NCBI GenBank assembly: GCA_963794945.1 | Contig: CAWCFT010000018.1 | Location: 1 to 64,000 of the forward strand | Reading direction: 5' to 3' | DNA: 64,000 nt | Origin: Endomicrobiales bacterium | Lineage (GTDB): Bacteria; Elusimicrobiota; Endomicrobiia; Endomicrobiales; CAWCFT01 | Shown: piece by piece, positions 19,143-28,700 of the stretch | How the letters are laid out: each line of letters starts with the position of its first letter | Numbering within the stretch: position 1 is the first letter of the stretch | Made by a program: the position numbers and the translations under genes | The notes under the pieces: generated by a model | Told to the model about the DNA's origin: nothing | Database searches by the model: none | What the model saw: only the letters and a program-made list of their open reading frames with translations

Positions 19143-19685
19143 CTTCTACCGCCTTCAGAATTTTATCCAACTCATCTGCCTTCTTGAACAAATCGAAATA
19201 CTCTATTACTATCTTCATGTTCAAAGTCTTGCGGTTTACTTTGATAAGGGTTTCAATATCCGACATATCCTTAGCGTATCTTCTCGGATCGTTTATACTC
19301 GACTGCAGTTTTAGCCCAATAATATCTTCAGGAATAATGATTTTTGTTTTAAACTTGCCTCCAAGGACTTTTTTATCTTTCGCTCTTAAAAGCATTGCTC
19401 TAGAATATTTCCGATGCGCGTGCAAAAAATCAACCTTTCCAAGATCTTCCATTTTTCCCAGATAATTCGATATATCTTCGTTCTCATTAAGAGCTCATAC
19501 CCGTAAGACAGCATGATTTTCTTAACTTTTTGCATATCATCTTTTTCCACCAGAAAATCTATATCTGTAGTTGCCCTCGTATAACCCGCCGAATGGAGAG
19601 CAAAACCTCGGATTAATGCAAAAGTTATTTTTTCCTTATTGAATTTTTCAAGAATCAATCTAAAAACTGATTCGAAATCCATCAA
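19132..19685 (-). CDS. Nucleotidyltransferase-family protein (one frameshift at ~19485)
   Basis: ALIRGFAL...RATTDIDFLV and PEDIIGLKL...KDMSDI. ORFs 19386-19685 and 19132-19452 join by adding one base (ELLxENEDISNYLGKMEDLG). Confidence 0.75.
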
Positions 19686-19693
19686 CTAAACCT

Positions 19694-20851
19694 CTAATTA
19701 TGTATGATCTTCTTAAATTTCCTTTTTCCGGCCTGAAGCACGCATTCTTTCTGGACCACCAGCACCTGGTCATTTGTCATTTTTTTGCCATCCAGCTTTA
19801 TCCCGCCCTGTTCAATGAGCCGCCTTGCTTCATTCTTGCTCTCCACGAGCCCGGAAGCTACCAGGATATCAACAAGCTTTAGCTCCTGCGAACCGCAAAC
19901 ATACGTTTCCATATCTTCAGGAATATCTTTTTTCCTAAATACTTTATCGAATTCAACCCGTTCATGTATTGCCGCCTCGCACCCATGATACAGGCTTGTT
20001 ATCTCTTCGGCAAGGCTTGCCTTGGCCTCGCGCGGGTGCATCTGTTTTACTTCATTGAGGTCTCTCTGGGTCAGCAGCTCGAAATATTTTATCATGAGCG
20101 TGTCGGATATTGACATGACCTTTCCGAACATATCTTTCGGCGTATCGTTCAGCGCGATATAATTACCGTAGGATTTCGACATCTTCTTTACGCCGTCCGT
20201 CCCTTCAAGGAGCGGCATAGTGATGACCACCTGGGGCTCCTGGCCGAAATCTCTCTGCAGCTCGCGCCCTACAAGAAGGTTGAATTTTTGGTCGTTTCCG
20301 CCGAGCTCGACGTCCGCCTTGATCGCCACTGAATCGTACCCCTGCATCAGCGGGTAGAGGAATTCCACTATGGATATCGGGCTCTCCGCTTCGTATCTCT
20401 TGTGAAAGTCGTCGCGTTCAAGCATCTGTGACACGGTATATTTTCCGGCCAACTTCAACAGCCCTTCTATGCCCATGGGATAAAGCCAGTGGCTGTTAAA
20501 AACAACTTCCGTCTTGGCCCTGTCGAGTATTTTAAAGACCTGGTCCTGGTAAGTTTTTGAGTTCTTGAGTATCTCTTCTTCGCTCATCATCTTTCTGGTT
20601 TCAGAGCGGCCGGACGGGTCGCCTATGCGGGCCGTAAAATCGCCTATCAAAAACACTATCTGGTGGCCAAGCTCCTGGAACGTGCGGAGCTTATTAAGCA
20701 GCACCGTGTGTCCGAGGTGGAGGTCGGGGGCGGTCGGGTCCACGCCGAGCTTTATCCTCAAAGGCCTGCCGGTCGAAAGTTTTTTCTTCAGTTCTTCGAA
20801 AGAGATGATCTCATTGGTTCCGCGTTTTATCTTTTCAATTATGTTATCCAT
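19694..20851 (-). CDS. tyrS: Tyrosine--tRNA ligase
   Basis: [13 protein letters not shown] (HIGH), [22 protein letters not shown]-terminal S4 domain. Confidence 0.97.
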   Translation of the reverse strand: MDNIIEKIKRGTNEIISFEELKKKLSTGRPLRIKLGVDPTAPDLHLGHTVLLNKLRTFQELGHQIVFLIGDFTARIGDPSGRSETRKMMSEEEILKNSKTYQDQVFKILDRAKTEVVFNSHWLYPMGIEGLLKLAGKYTVSQMLERDDFHKRYEAESPISIVEFLYPLMQGYDSVAIKADVELGGNDQKFNLLVGRELQRDFGQEPQVVITMPLLEGTDGVKKMSKSYGNYIALNDTPKDMFGKVMSISDTLMIKYFELLTQRDLNEVKQMHPREAKASLAEEITSLYHGCEAAIHERVEFDKVFRKKDIPEDMETYVCGSQELKLVDILVASGLVESKNEARRLIEQGGIKLDGKKMTNDQVLVVQKECVLQAGKRKFKKIIHN

Positions 20852-20852
20852 T

Positions 20853-21308
20853 TTACTCCGGTTTTTTCTCCGTTGCTTTTTGCGTTTCCAGTCGTTCTTT
20901 TATCTTATTGTTCAGGGTTTCCTGAAGTGCCGGGTTATCTTTTGCCAGCCTTTGCACCACTTCGCCTGGCAGGAACAATATTACGCTGTCGGACTCGGCC
21001 TTGATAGTGGCGGTCGCGGCGCGTGGCGTAAGCAGCGATATTTCGCCAAAATAACTGTTGGGCCCAAGCTCGGCCACCTTAACTTTATCTTTGCCTTTCC
21101 TTACCATAACCGCGACCGTCCCTTCTTCAACCAGGCACAGCCTTGAAGAGATCTCGCCCTGAAAAAGAACCGTTGCCCCCTGCCTGTAATTTTGTTTTTC
21201 AAGCCCCGCCAGCAGCTGGCCTATCTCGGCTTCAGTACAGACTGAAAAAAGCCCGGTTTTTATTATCGTTTCTTTTGCGAACCGCAAGTCCTGTTCGGTT
21301 ATTTCCAT
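20853..21308 (-). CDS. Cyclic nucleotide-binding domain protein
   Basis: LFQGE...GTVAV...[13 protein letters not shown]...[10 protein letters not shown]. Confidence 0.9.
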   Translation of the reverse strand: MEITEQDLRFAKETIIKTGLFSVCTEAEIGQLLAGLEKQNYRQGATVLFQGEISSRLCLVEEGTVAVMVRKGKDKVKVAELGPNSYFGEISLLTPRAATATIKAESDSVILFLPGEVVQRLAKDNPALQETLNNKIKERLETQKATEKKPE

Positions 21309-21362
21309 TTTTTGTCCCCGCTTTACCGGAGCGCCGTTTAAAAAGCGGCGCCAACTGTGAAC

Positions 21363-22325
21363 TTATGACGCTAATTCTATAGCCATCTTGTAAAGCGACA
21401 TATCAATATGCTTTTTTTTCTTCATCGCCGTTCTGAATAGGTATATCGGTTATTTTGCCTTGTGTTTTTACTACAAGCCGGTTCTTTTTACCCGATAAAA
21501 GCAGGTCAACGGCCCTTGTGCCGAACTGGCTGGCAAGAATCCTTGACCTTCCTGAGGGACTGCCGCCCCTTTGGATATACCCAAGCGAGCTGACCCTTGT
21601 TTCGTAACCGGTGCTCTTTAGTATTTTTTCCGCGAATTCGTGTGAACTGCCTGCGCCCTCGGCAAAAACCATGACGAGCGAAGTCTTTCCCTTGTGCCTG
21701 GCCTTGCGGAGCTGGCTCGCTATTTTCCCGATGTCGTTTTTACCTCGGGAATAAGTATGAACTCGGCGCCTGACGCAACACCTATTGAAAGAGCGAGAAA
21801 ACCGTGTTCTCTTCCCATCACTTCAACTATGAAAACACGTTCGTGGCTTGTCGCTGTGTCGCGGATCTTGTCTATAGCGTAAATGGCGGTGTCGAGCGCG
21901 GTGTCAAAACCGATGGTCTCGTCGGTTCCGTAAATGTCGTTGTCGATCGAGGCGGGGATGTTGATCACCGGAACGCCGTGCTTGGAAAAAGTGTTGCCCG
22001 CGGCAAGCGAACCGTCGCCGCCGATTATAACGAGCCCGTCTATTTTCATGTTTTTGAGATTCTTTAATGCTTTATTGAGCCCAGATGCAGTGCGCACTTC
22101 CGGGCACCTGACGGTTTTAAGTATCGTCCCTCCGCGGTTGATTATGCCGCTGACGGAGCGAAGGCTCATGTGTGAATACTCGTTATCGATCAACCCGCAA
22201 AAACCTCGCTGTATACCAATGACTTCCAAGCCGCTGTAAATGGCCTTGCGCACAACCGCGCAAATTGCCGCGTTCATGCCTGGAGCGTCACCGCCTGAAG
22301 TTATTACAGCTATCTTTTTCATCAT
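21363..22325 (-). CDS. pfkA: ATP-dependent 6-phosphofructokinase (two apparent frameshifts, ~21740 and ~21430)
   Basis: TSGGDAPGMNAA, GGDGS, SIDNDI, VEVMGR, LGYIQRGGSP. The corrected C-terminus ...KHIDMSLYKMAIELAS stops at 21363. Confidence 0.92.
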
Positions 22326-22376
22326 CGCAGAAATACCTTGTATTGATGTTTCAATTATTTTGGATTTATCACCGGA

Positions 22377-23334
22377 TTATTGCTGAAGTGTTACAAGTCC
22401 CCTGAACTCGTCTAGTATATCCGGGTCCCACCAGCCTTTTCGCGATTCCTCTTCCATTATGGAGAGAGCGACATCCGGAGTAAGCGCCGTCCTGTATGAG
22501 CGGTTTGTTGTTAGCGCGTCATAAACATCTACTATTGCCATGACCCTCGCCACGACCGGCACCTGGCTGCCCTTGAGCCCGTCAGGGTAGCCGGAACCGT
22601 CAAGTTTTTCATGGTGGTATCTTATTATGCTTAACGCCGCTTTCATGGAATTGAGCGGCTTACAGATCTTTTCACCGCGGTCCGGATGGGTGCGGATGGT
22701 AGTGAACTCTTCCGGCGTGAGCCGTCCCGGTTTGTTAAGAATAGCGTCGGGAATGGCTATCTTTCCTATATCGTGGAGAATGCCGCCCTTGTATAATGCG
22801 TTCTGTTCGTCTTCCGGCAGGTTCATCTTGTGCGCCAAAATAACAGCGAACTGGCTGACCCGTTCCGTGTGGCCCTGAGTATAAGTATCTTTCGCTTCTA
22901 TGGCGCGGGCAAGCGCGAATATAACGCTCTCGGCGGAGTCTAGCTGGTCGTAAAGTGTTTTTACTTTGAGAAGGGATTTTATGCGGGTGATGAGCTCGAT
23001 AGATTTATAAGGCTTGTTGACGAAATCGTCCGCGCCGGACTCTATGGCCTCGATCTTGTCAGGTGTCTCGGTAAACCCCGTCAGCATTATCACAGGAATG
23101 AAACGCGTGGAGGTGTTGGCTTTTACCTGCCGGCAAATGTCGCTGCCCGATATCCCGGGCATGTGGTTGTCCAGTATTATCAGGTCTCGGCCGCTCCGAA
23201 AATATCTTTTCGCGCGCCGCGTGGCCCTCGCCGGCAGTTATAACTTCGTAACCATTGCCGATCATTATCTGCTCGAGCACGCCCAGCGCCTGCGGGTCGT
23301 CGTCGGCAATAAGTATTATGGGTTTTTTGTCCAT
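22377..23334 (-). CDS. Response regulator with HD-GYP (c-di-GMP phosphodiesterase) domain, RpfG-like; one frameshift at ~23187
   Basis: Receiver motifs ILIADDD...PDLIILDNHMPG...KP; HD-GYP motifs HTERV, LHDIGK, HHEKLDGSGYP. Confidence 0.92.
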
Positions 23335-23342
23335 TAGTTGAG

Positions 23343-23371
23343 ATTCTACCAAAGTCGGCGGGTTATGTCAA
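23343..23371 (-). promoter_or_regulatory. Sigma70-type promoter of the housekeeping operon
   Basis: TTGACA-N17-TAGAAT, 8 nt upstream of the ATG at 23334. Confidence 0.75.
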
Positions 23372-23420
23372 CGTTGGCGCGCTCGGGATCAATTTATTCC
23401 CTAAAGGGTATTTCCAAATT

Positions 23421-23607
23421 AATACTTTGGGGTTGGTCATAAAAAGATCCGCCCCTACGGCTCTGCGGACAAGCTCCAGACATCGCAGCCTTCTTTGGAT
23501 TTGAGCCTTCCACTAAGGAAAGGTTCCGCCAAGGCGGATAAACTCCACTCAAAACACTTTTTATCAAGTTAATCGCTCGCTCCTATATAGAAACCCCCAA
23601 AGTTATT
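23421..23607. repeat. Intergenic element with imperfect terminal inverted repeats and internal palindromes (MITE/REP-like or structured RNA)
   Basis: aatactttggggtt at 23421 versus aaacccccaaagttatt at 23591; internal ccttcc-actaa-ggaaagg and tccgcc-aa-ggcgga. Confidence 0.4.
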
Positions 23608-23680
23608 TTTAAGTGAAAACTTTGGCGGGGTTAACTACATATCCATCTATGTGATTTTTCAGAAATTTCACAGTTTTTCC

Positions 23681-23709
23681 TTGACTAGTACCTGTATAAA
23701 ACTTATAAT
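23681..23709 (+). promoter_or_regulatory. Sigma70-type promoter for leader B / giant gene B
   Basis: TTGACT-N17-TATAAT. Confidence 0.8.
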
Positions 23710-23749
23710 TTATCAGATAATATTATAAATATCAGGTAATTACTGTGTA

Positions 23750-24241
23750 TTGCCTGAAAGGAACTATTTTTTGACCTTGAAATTCCTCAATTTATTCGTT
23801 TGCCTTATAACAATTCTGCAGATCACCGCCGCGGGGGTCAGTATATCTCCCGCGCGAGCCGGTTCGTGTGCTCTTTTGGGCACATACACGGCCGATTGCG
23901 AGCGCGTCAACGATTTTGTCGTTTCAACCTCTCCTCTTGGCGAACAATTCAAATGCGCGGCACCTGTAAAACCAAACGCTGATATTTTCTTTGCCATGCC
24001 TGAAATACGTAAGGCAAATGAACAGGCCCTGAAACAGTTCAGGCTTCCTTGCGTTGAGGCAAATTCATTCACCTGCAGTGAGGGTTTCGTGCTGCTGGAC
24101 AAAAAATGGTCAGGCCCGCCGGGCCGGTCTTCTCCTCCTATTGCATATTTCATTTTGTTCGCTATAATACTCGCGCTGAGCAATTTGCCTGCGCCTGTTT
24201 CTTGCTTTGCTCGTTCGGTAAACCGCCCGGCTAGACGTTGA
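23750..24241 (+). CDS. Leader/accessory membrane protein upstream of giant gene B (start codon uncertain)
   Basis: N-terminal hydrophobic segment; C-terminal GPPG...IAYFILFAIILALSNLPA. Paralogous layout to 15458-15973. Confidence 0.65.
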   Translation: MPERNYFLTLKFLNLFVCLITILQITAAGVSISPARAGSCALLGTYTADCERVNDFVVSTSPLGEQFKCAAPVKPNADIFFAMPEIRKANEQALKQFRLPCVEANSFTCSEGFVLLDKKWSGPPGRSSPPIAYFILFAIILALSNLPAPVSCFARSVNRPARR

Positions 24242-24293
24242 AGCCGGGTTTTTTATTTGCTGAGGCAAATAACCCGCCGATGAGGCGGGTATA
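24224..24293 (+). promoter_or_regulatory. Conserved three-hairpin leader RNA (attenuator-like) upstream of giant gene B
   Basis: P1 CCCGGCT-AGACGTTGA-AGCCGGG then T6; P2 TTATTTGC-TGAG-GCAAATAA; P3 ACCCGCC-GATGA-GGCGGGT. Confidence 0.75.
24226..24258 (+). terminator. Intrinsic terminator-like hairpin containing the leader ORF stop codon
   Basis: 7-bp GC-rich stem, TGA in the loop, followed by TTTTTTATTT. Confidence 0.7.
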
Positions 24294-24309
24294 CTGGTAC
24301 AAGGGCTTT

Positions 24310-25716
24310 ATGAACTTCAACAAATTCATTTCCATTATCACAACGGCCTGCTTCCTGGTGTCGTTTATAGCGTCGCCTGCTGTGCAGGCGATGCAGGCGC
24401 CAGTTCCCGGACAGCTGGATTTCAATAAAGCAGCGGAAGGGCTTAACCTACCCGGAACCGTTGGCAGAGTAACCGGCGGCAAGATTTTTGGAGACGGCCT
24501 TCTGGTAATAAATATTCAGGACTTGCACTGCCATGCGGAAGTGCAGAAAAATATAAGCCGCATACTCGAAATGATAGAAGCGCAGTACGGGCTAAAGAAT
24601 GTCCTGGTGGAAGGCGCGGCAGGAGATGTGGACACTTCCTGGCTTACCAGCCTTAAAGATAACGCTCTGAAAAAAAAGATAGCCGAAACACTGCTTAACC
24701 AAGGCAGGCTTACCGGCGCCGAGTATTATTCCGTTCTAAACAATAAGCCCCGCCTGCTAAAGGGGCTTGAAGATGAAAAGCTCCATACAGAGAACATCGC
24801 GCGCCTGGGCAAGATCCTTGAGCGCAGGCCGGTGTACGATCAAAAGATCAAAAAACTCACTGAAGACCTTAACTTTTTAGAAGCTAAATATTTCAGCTCA
24901 CGAAACAGGAAGTTCAACAAAGCTCTCGAAAGCTATAAAGAGGGCGGAATGACTCCTGAAAAGTATTACACGCTTCTTGTCAAATACGCTGAAAAAATAA
25001 ACAACGGTTCCAACCCTTTCAACCCAGTATTGGCTATAAGGGTAAAGGACTATCCAAATATAGCCGGCTATCTAAATATGATTGAAGCTGGCAAGCGTAT
25101 AAGATACAACCGGGTAGGATACCAACTGCAGGGTTTTGTACAACAACTGAAAGCCAAACTACCCTACAATGAATATACTAAACTGATAGAAAAAACAAAC
25201 AATTTTGCGAAGCTTGACCAGGCCTACCTATCGCTGGCCCAGATATCAGAACAGTACCACATGCATCTTGAAGGCGAATATCCAGACCTTGCCGCTTTCT
25301 TTGAGTACCTTGAAAAGGGGCGGAAGGTCAACCCGATGGCTTTGATAGATGAGGAGAGGCGGCTTACTGAAGCCGTGCGCATAGGCCTTGCGCGAAATGT
25401 TGCGGAATTAGAAGTGTCATTTGCCGCTGATTTCTTCGTGTGTTTTAAAGATTACCTGCTCAACAGGCTTTCCGCGGATGATTACGAGTATTTCACCCAG
25501 CGGTTCGATAAGTTCAAAACTATCTGGGGCAAGTACGTTTACGCGAACCGCCTTAATGATATGTCTGCCGATTTCGCCCTTCTTGATGAGTTCTACCGCG
25601 TTAACAACGAACGCAGCCGCAGCTTTTACAGAGCATGGCAAATTGCATTAAGTGCCCTTCAGCAGGGGAAGAAAACCCCAGCTGCACGGATGTTACAGCT
25701 TCCCTCCCCCGGCTGA
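24310..25716 (+). CDS. Giant protein B fragment 1: signal peptide and conserved IQDLHCH domain
   Basis: MNFNKFISIITTACFLVSFIASPAVQA...IQDLHCHAEVQ...VEGA...LKGLED; paralogue of the A N-terminus. Confidence 0.85.
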   Translation: MNFNKFISIITTACFLVSFIASPAVQAMQAPVPGQLDFNKAAEGLNLPGTVGRVTGGKIFGDGLLVINIQDLHCHAEVQKNISRILEMIEAQYGLKNVLVEGAAGDVDTSWLTSLKDNALKKKIAETLLNQGRLTGAEYYSVLNNKPRLLKGLEDEKLHTENIARLGKILERRPVYDQKIKKLTEDLNFLEAKYFSSRNRKFNKALESYKEGGMTPEKYYTLLVKYAEKINNGSNPFNPVLAIRVKDYPNIAGYLNMIEAGKRIRYNRVGYQLQGFVQQLKAKLPYNEYTKLIEKTNNFAKLDQAYLSLAQISEQYHMHLEGEYPDLAAFFEYLEKGRKVNPMALIDEERRLTEAVRIGLARNVAELEVSFAADFFVCFKDYLLNRLSADDYEYFTQRFDKFKTIWGKYVYANRLNDMSADFALLDEFYRVNNERSRSFYRAWQIALSALQQGKKTPAARMLQLPSPG

Positions 25717-28700
25717 ACCCTAAGGAAATAATCGTTACAATTACAGGCGGTTTTCACACCAGGGAGCTCCAGCGCCTGCTCCAGGAAAAAAAGGTTTCCT
25801 GCCTTACCGTAACCCCGAATGTCAGCAAAGGAACGGAAGAATCTAACGCTATTTATATGCATTTGGCCAGCCAGCAGGCGGCTGTTTTGAATAATCCTCA
25901 ACTTAGGCCCAGTAGCGCGGCGGCAAAAACCATCAATTCAAATGCCTTACAGCTAGCCATAGAAAGCGTTCAGTCCGGTAACGCCAAGCTGGAAGCAGTC
26001 GCTAACGCGCTTTGGTCTTACGCGTTAACCACTGCTGATTTAAACGCTGTCAAAGATGAAATAGAACTGTATTTACAATCAAATTCTATTAGCGGAAGTG
26101 CCAGCATTGACGCCAAGGCAGAAGCCATTGTTGTAACTTGGAAAGACGTTTCCGGCCAGAGCCGCACCATAACCATAAGTAAAAACGCGGAGTTCGGCAG
26201 CCTGACTCTATCCAGCCGGGCTCACAGCCTGTTAAATGACATACTCCCCAGCCTAAAAGCAGGCGAACAAGCAGAAAAAACCGCAGTTGGCTCTTTCGTT
26301 CTGCCGGTTGAATCAATGGTGGCTATGGGAAGCCTGATAGTTGAGGTACTGGCATCCTTAGAGCTGTCGCTTGCGGCTGACAGCCTTGTTACCGGGGACG
26401 GCCTGATATACGAAATATCTCATAATGAAGAACTGCAGAAACTGCTTGAAAAACAGATCAATATTGATATGCAGAAATTAGGCCAGCTGCCCGACTGGCT
26501 TCAAAGGGCCCTTGCTGTAAGGGGCAAAGCCAGACAAGGCATTGCCGCAGAGCTTTCCAAAGAAGACCAAAGTGCGCTTATGAAAGCGCTTCTTTCAATA
26601 CAGCCGGTATATGACCTTCTTGTTTCGTTAAATGCGACAAGGGTGATCGACAGCCGGCAAGCCAAGCCTGATACCGGTTTAAAAAATGGAAATGTTAAGA
26701 AAAGCAATTTCTATAATTACATTAGAGGCGGGTTTGTCGAAGAAAAAGATCTTCCAATTACAGACTTGCAAAAAGATACTATAAACATGCTCGCGAAACA
26801 AGCGGGTATAACTATAAATGGTTTAGAGAATATCAGCTGGAAAGAAGCGCACAGAGTTGAAACTCTTCTAAAGATACTGCCCCAGAACCATTTAAACCGC
26901 GTAAAGAAAGTTAACTATATCGTGAAAATTTTAAACCCACTTGTGTCGGGCTGGACCGATTTTGCAAGTAAGACCATTAATATAGTTGCAAAGAAAAGAT
27001 TTAATCATGATTATGGCGAAGTGTTCGTGCACGAGCTTGGGCATAAAGTTGACACCTCTCCTTATGCCATAAAAATAATTCAAAGTCTAATGGATTTTTT
27101 GCTTACCTGCGCTTTATACTGGGTTGTTATGCGTGTAATTTTCACTGGCGATCAAATGAGTTTTCATAATGCGGCGTTTGACATTGTTTCGGTCTTTGTT
27201 ATAACTGCAATTTCCTATATAAAATCAAAGATAAAGGCGTCGATCGGCAGAAAAATGGTAAATACAAATTCTCGTATTAGCGAATACGCGGCTACTAACG
27301 ATAGGGAAAACTTTGCTGAAAATTACGCGTATTATGTTATTTTTGGCGGTGAATTCAGGCGCCTAGCTGGAACTTCGGCCAAGCTTGCGAAACAATATCA
27401 AAAAATGAAAAAAATATTTAATGGTATTGAATATACAAGGAATGAAAATGATGATATTGTTATTCTAGAAAAAAATAGTGAAAATACAGTATTGCCAGCT
27501 GAAGACAAAGGCATGGGGCTGCAAGAACTAACGAAAGCATCTGATTTGGCAGTCTCGGCACAGCCTGACGCAAGCCAGGCACCCGCCGCCAAAGGAAGGC
27601 CCCGCAGTGCGCCTGCCGGCTCACAACGGTATTTACACAGGCTTATAGATGTTCTTAAACTGCTTCAGGATGAAAAGCTGACTAAAGATCGTTTTTTAGA
27701 GGCATACTATAATTTTGAGAATCTCTGCTCCAGCGCCCGTAAAGATTACAGTGAAAATATGTTCCTTTACAGGCGCGCAGAAGTCTTTAAGACCTTCCGT
27801 GTATTCACAAATCCGGAAACACTATGGGATAATACCGTCGCGGCTTCAATTCGCGCCAGCGCTGAAAACAGCATTCAAAGCCTGCAAAAAGAACTTTCGG
27901 CAATGGAAGCTGACACCGGCACTGCCATGCCGAGAGAAAGTATCTTCGATGGGCTGGAAGAAACACCCAATATCAGGCCGGTTTTAGCCGCCAACAAACC
28001 CGTTATAGCAATAATGGATGTGCACGGAACACTGATACAGTCAAGCTGGAAAGTGGCATATGAACAGGTATATTTCAAATTAACGGGAAAGCGCCCTCCC
28101 GCTCAATGGATATTAGAAAAAGTTTGGAACAAGCCTGACAATGAGGTCGCGGCTATGCTGTCAACTCAAACGGGCAGGCCCGCTTCAGAAATACTGGATT
28201 TAATTAATAAAAACAAAAGCCTCGTAAAATCCAAAAGTGTCCCGCCTGCCCTTCCGGGAACCCTGGAATTGGTAAAAGCATTAAAGGAGCAGGGGGTTAC
28301 AGTAAAAATTGTGAGCAACACCCCTGGTAAAATTGTTATCAATCAGCTGGAAAAAGCCGGATTCTTAAATTATATAAGCAGGGATGACATTTTTTATAAC
28401 GACCAGCCCGCTTCAAAATATTTCCATAGGGCGAAAATAATCCAGAATATAATTACGCAAAACCCAGGTTTCAATATCGTTTACTTCGATGACAGCTTCA
28501 GAGAAATTTCAGAAATTTCAAAGCAATTTGGGAAACGGATGACAATTTTTGGCGTTCCTGATGGAAAAGGTATAGAATCAGAGAACAACCGCGTGGAATT
28601 AATTAAGTCGGGCGCTCATTACATTGTGCTCCGTAAACAGGGGTTCCCGGTTGAAGATATACTTCGTTGGTTAGATAAAGCTCCGAAAACCATTAGCCCG

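Noticed and set aside
21331..21351. Hairpin between pfkA and the cNMP-binding gene as a terminator
   Set aside because: The stem exists, but no U-tract follows on the coding strand.
21363..23334. pfkA and the HD-GYP regulator as pseudogenes
   Set aside because: Catalytic motifs are intact and only isolated single-base indels are seen, so sequencing error is more likely.
23764..24183. 139 aa minus-strand ORF overlapping leader B
   Set aside because: The plus-strand ORF has the promoter and the TM-NLPA motif shared with leader A.
24238..24309. Upstream in-frame starts for the giant genes (24238 for B; 15467 for A)
   Set aside because: These extensions run through the hairpin region. Paralogue alignment and signal peptides begin at MNF (24310) and MNY (15353).
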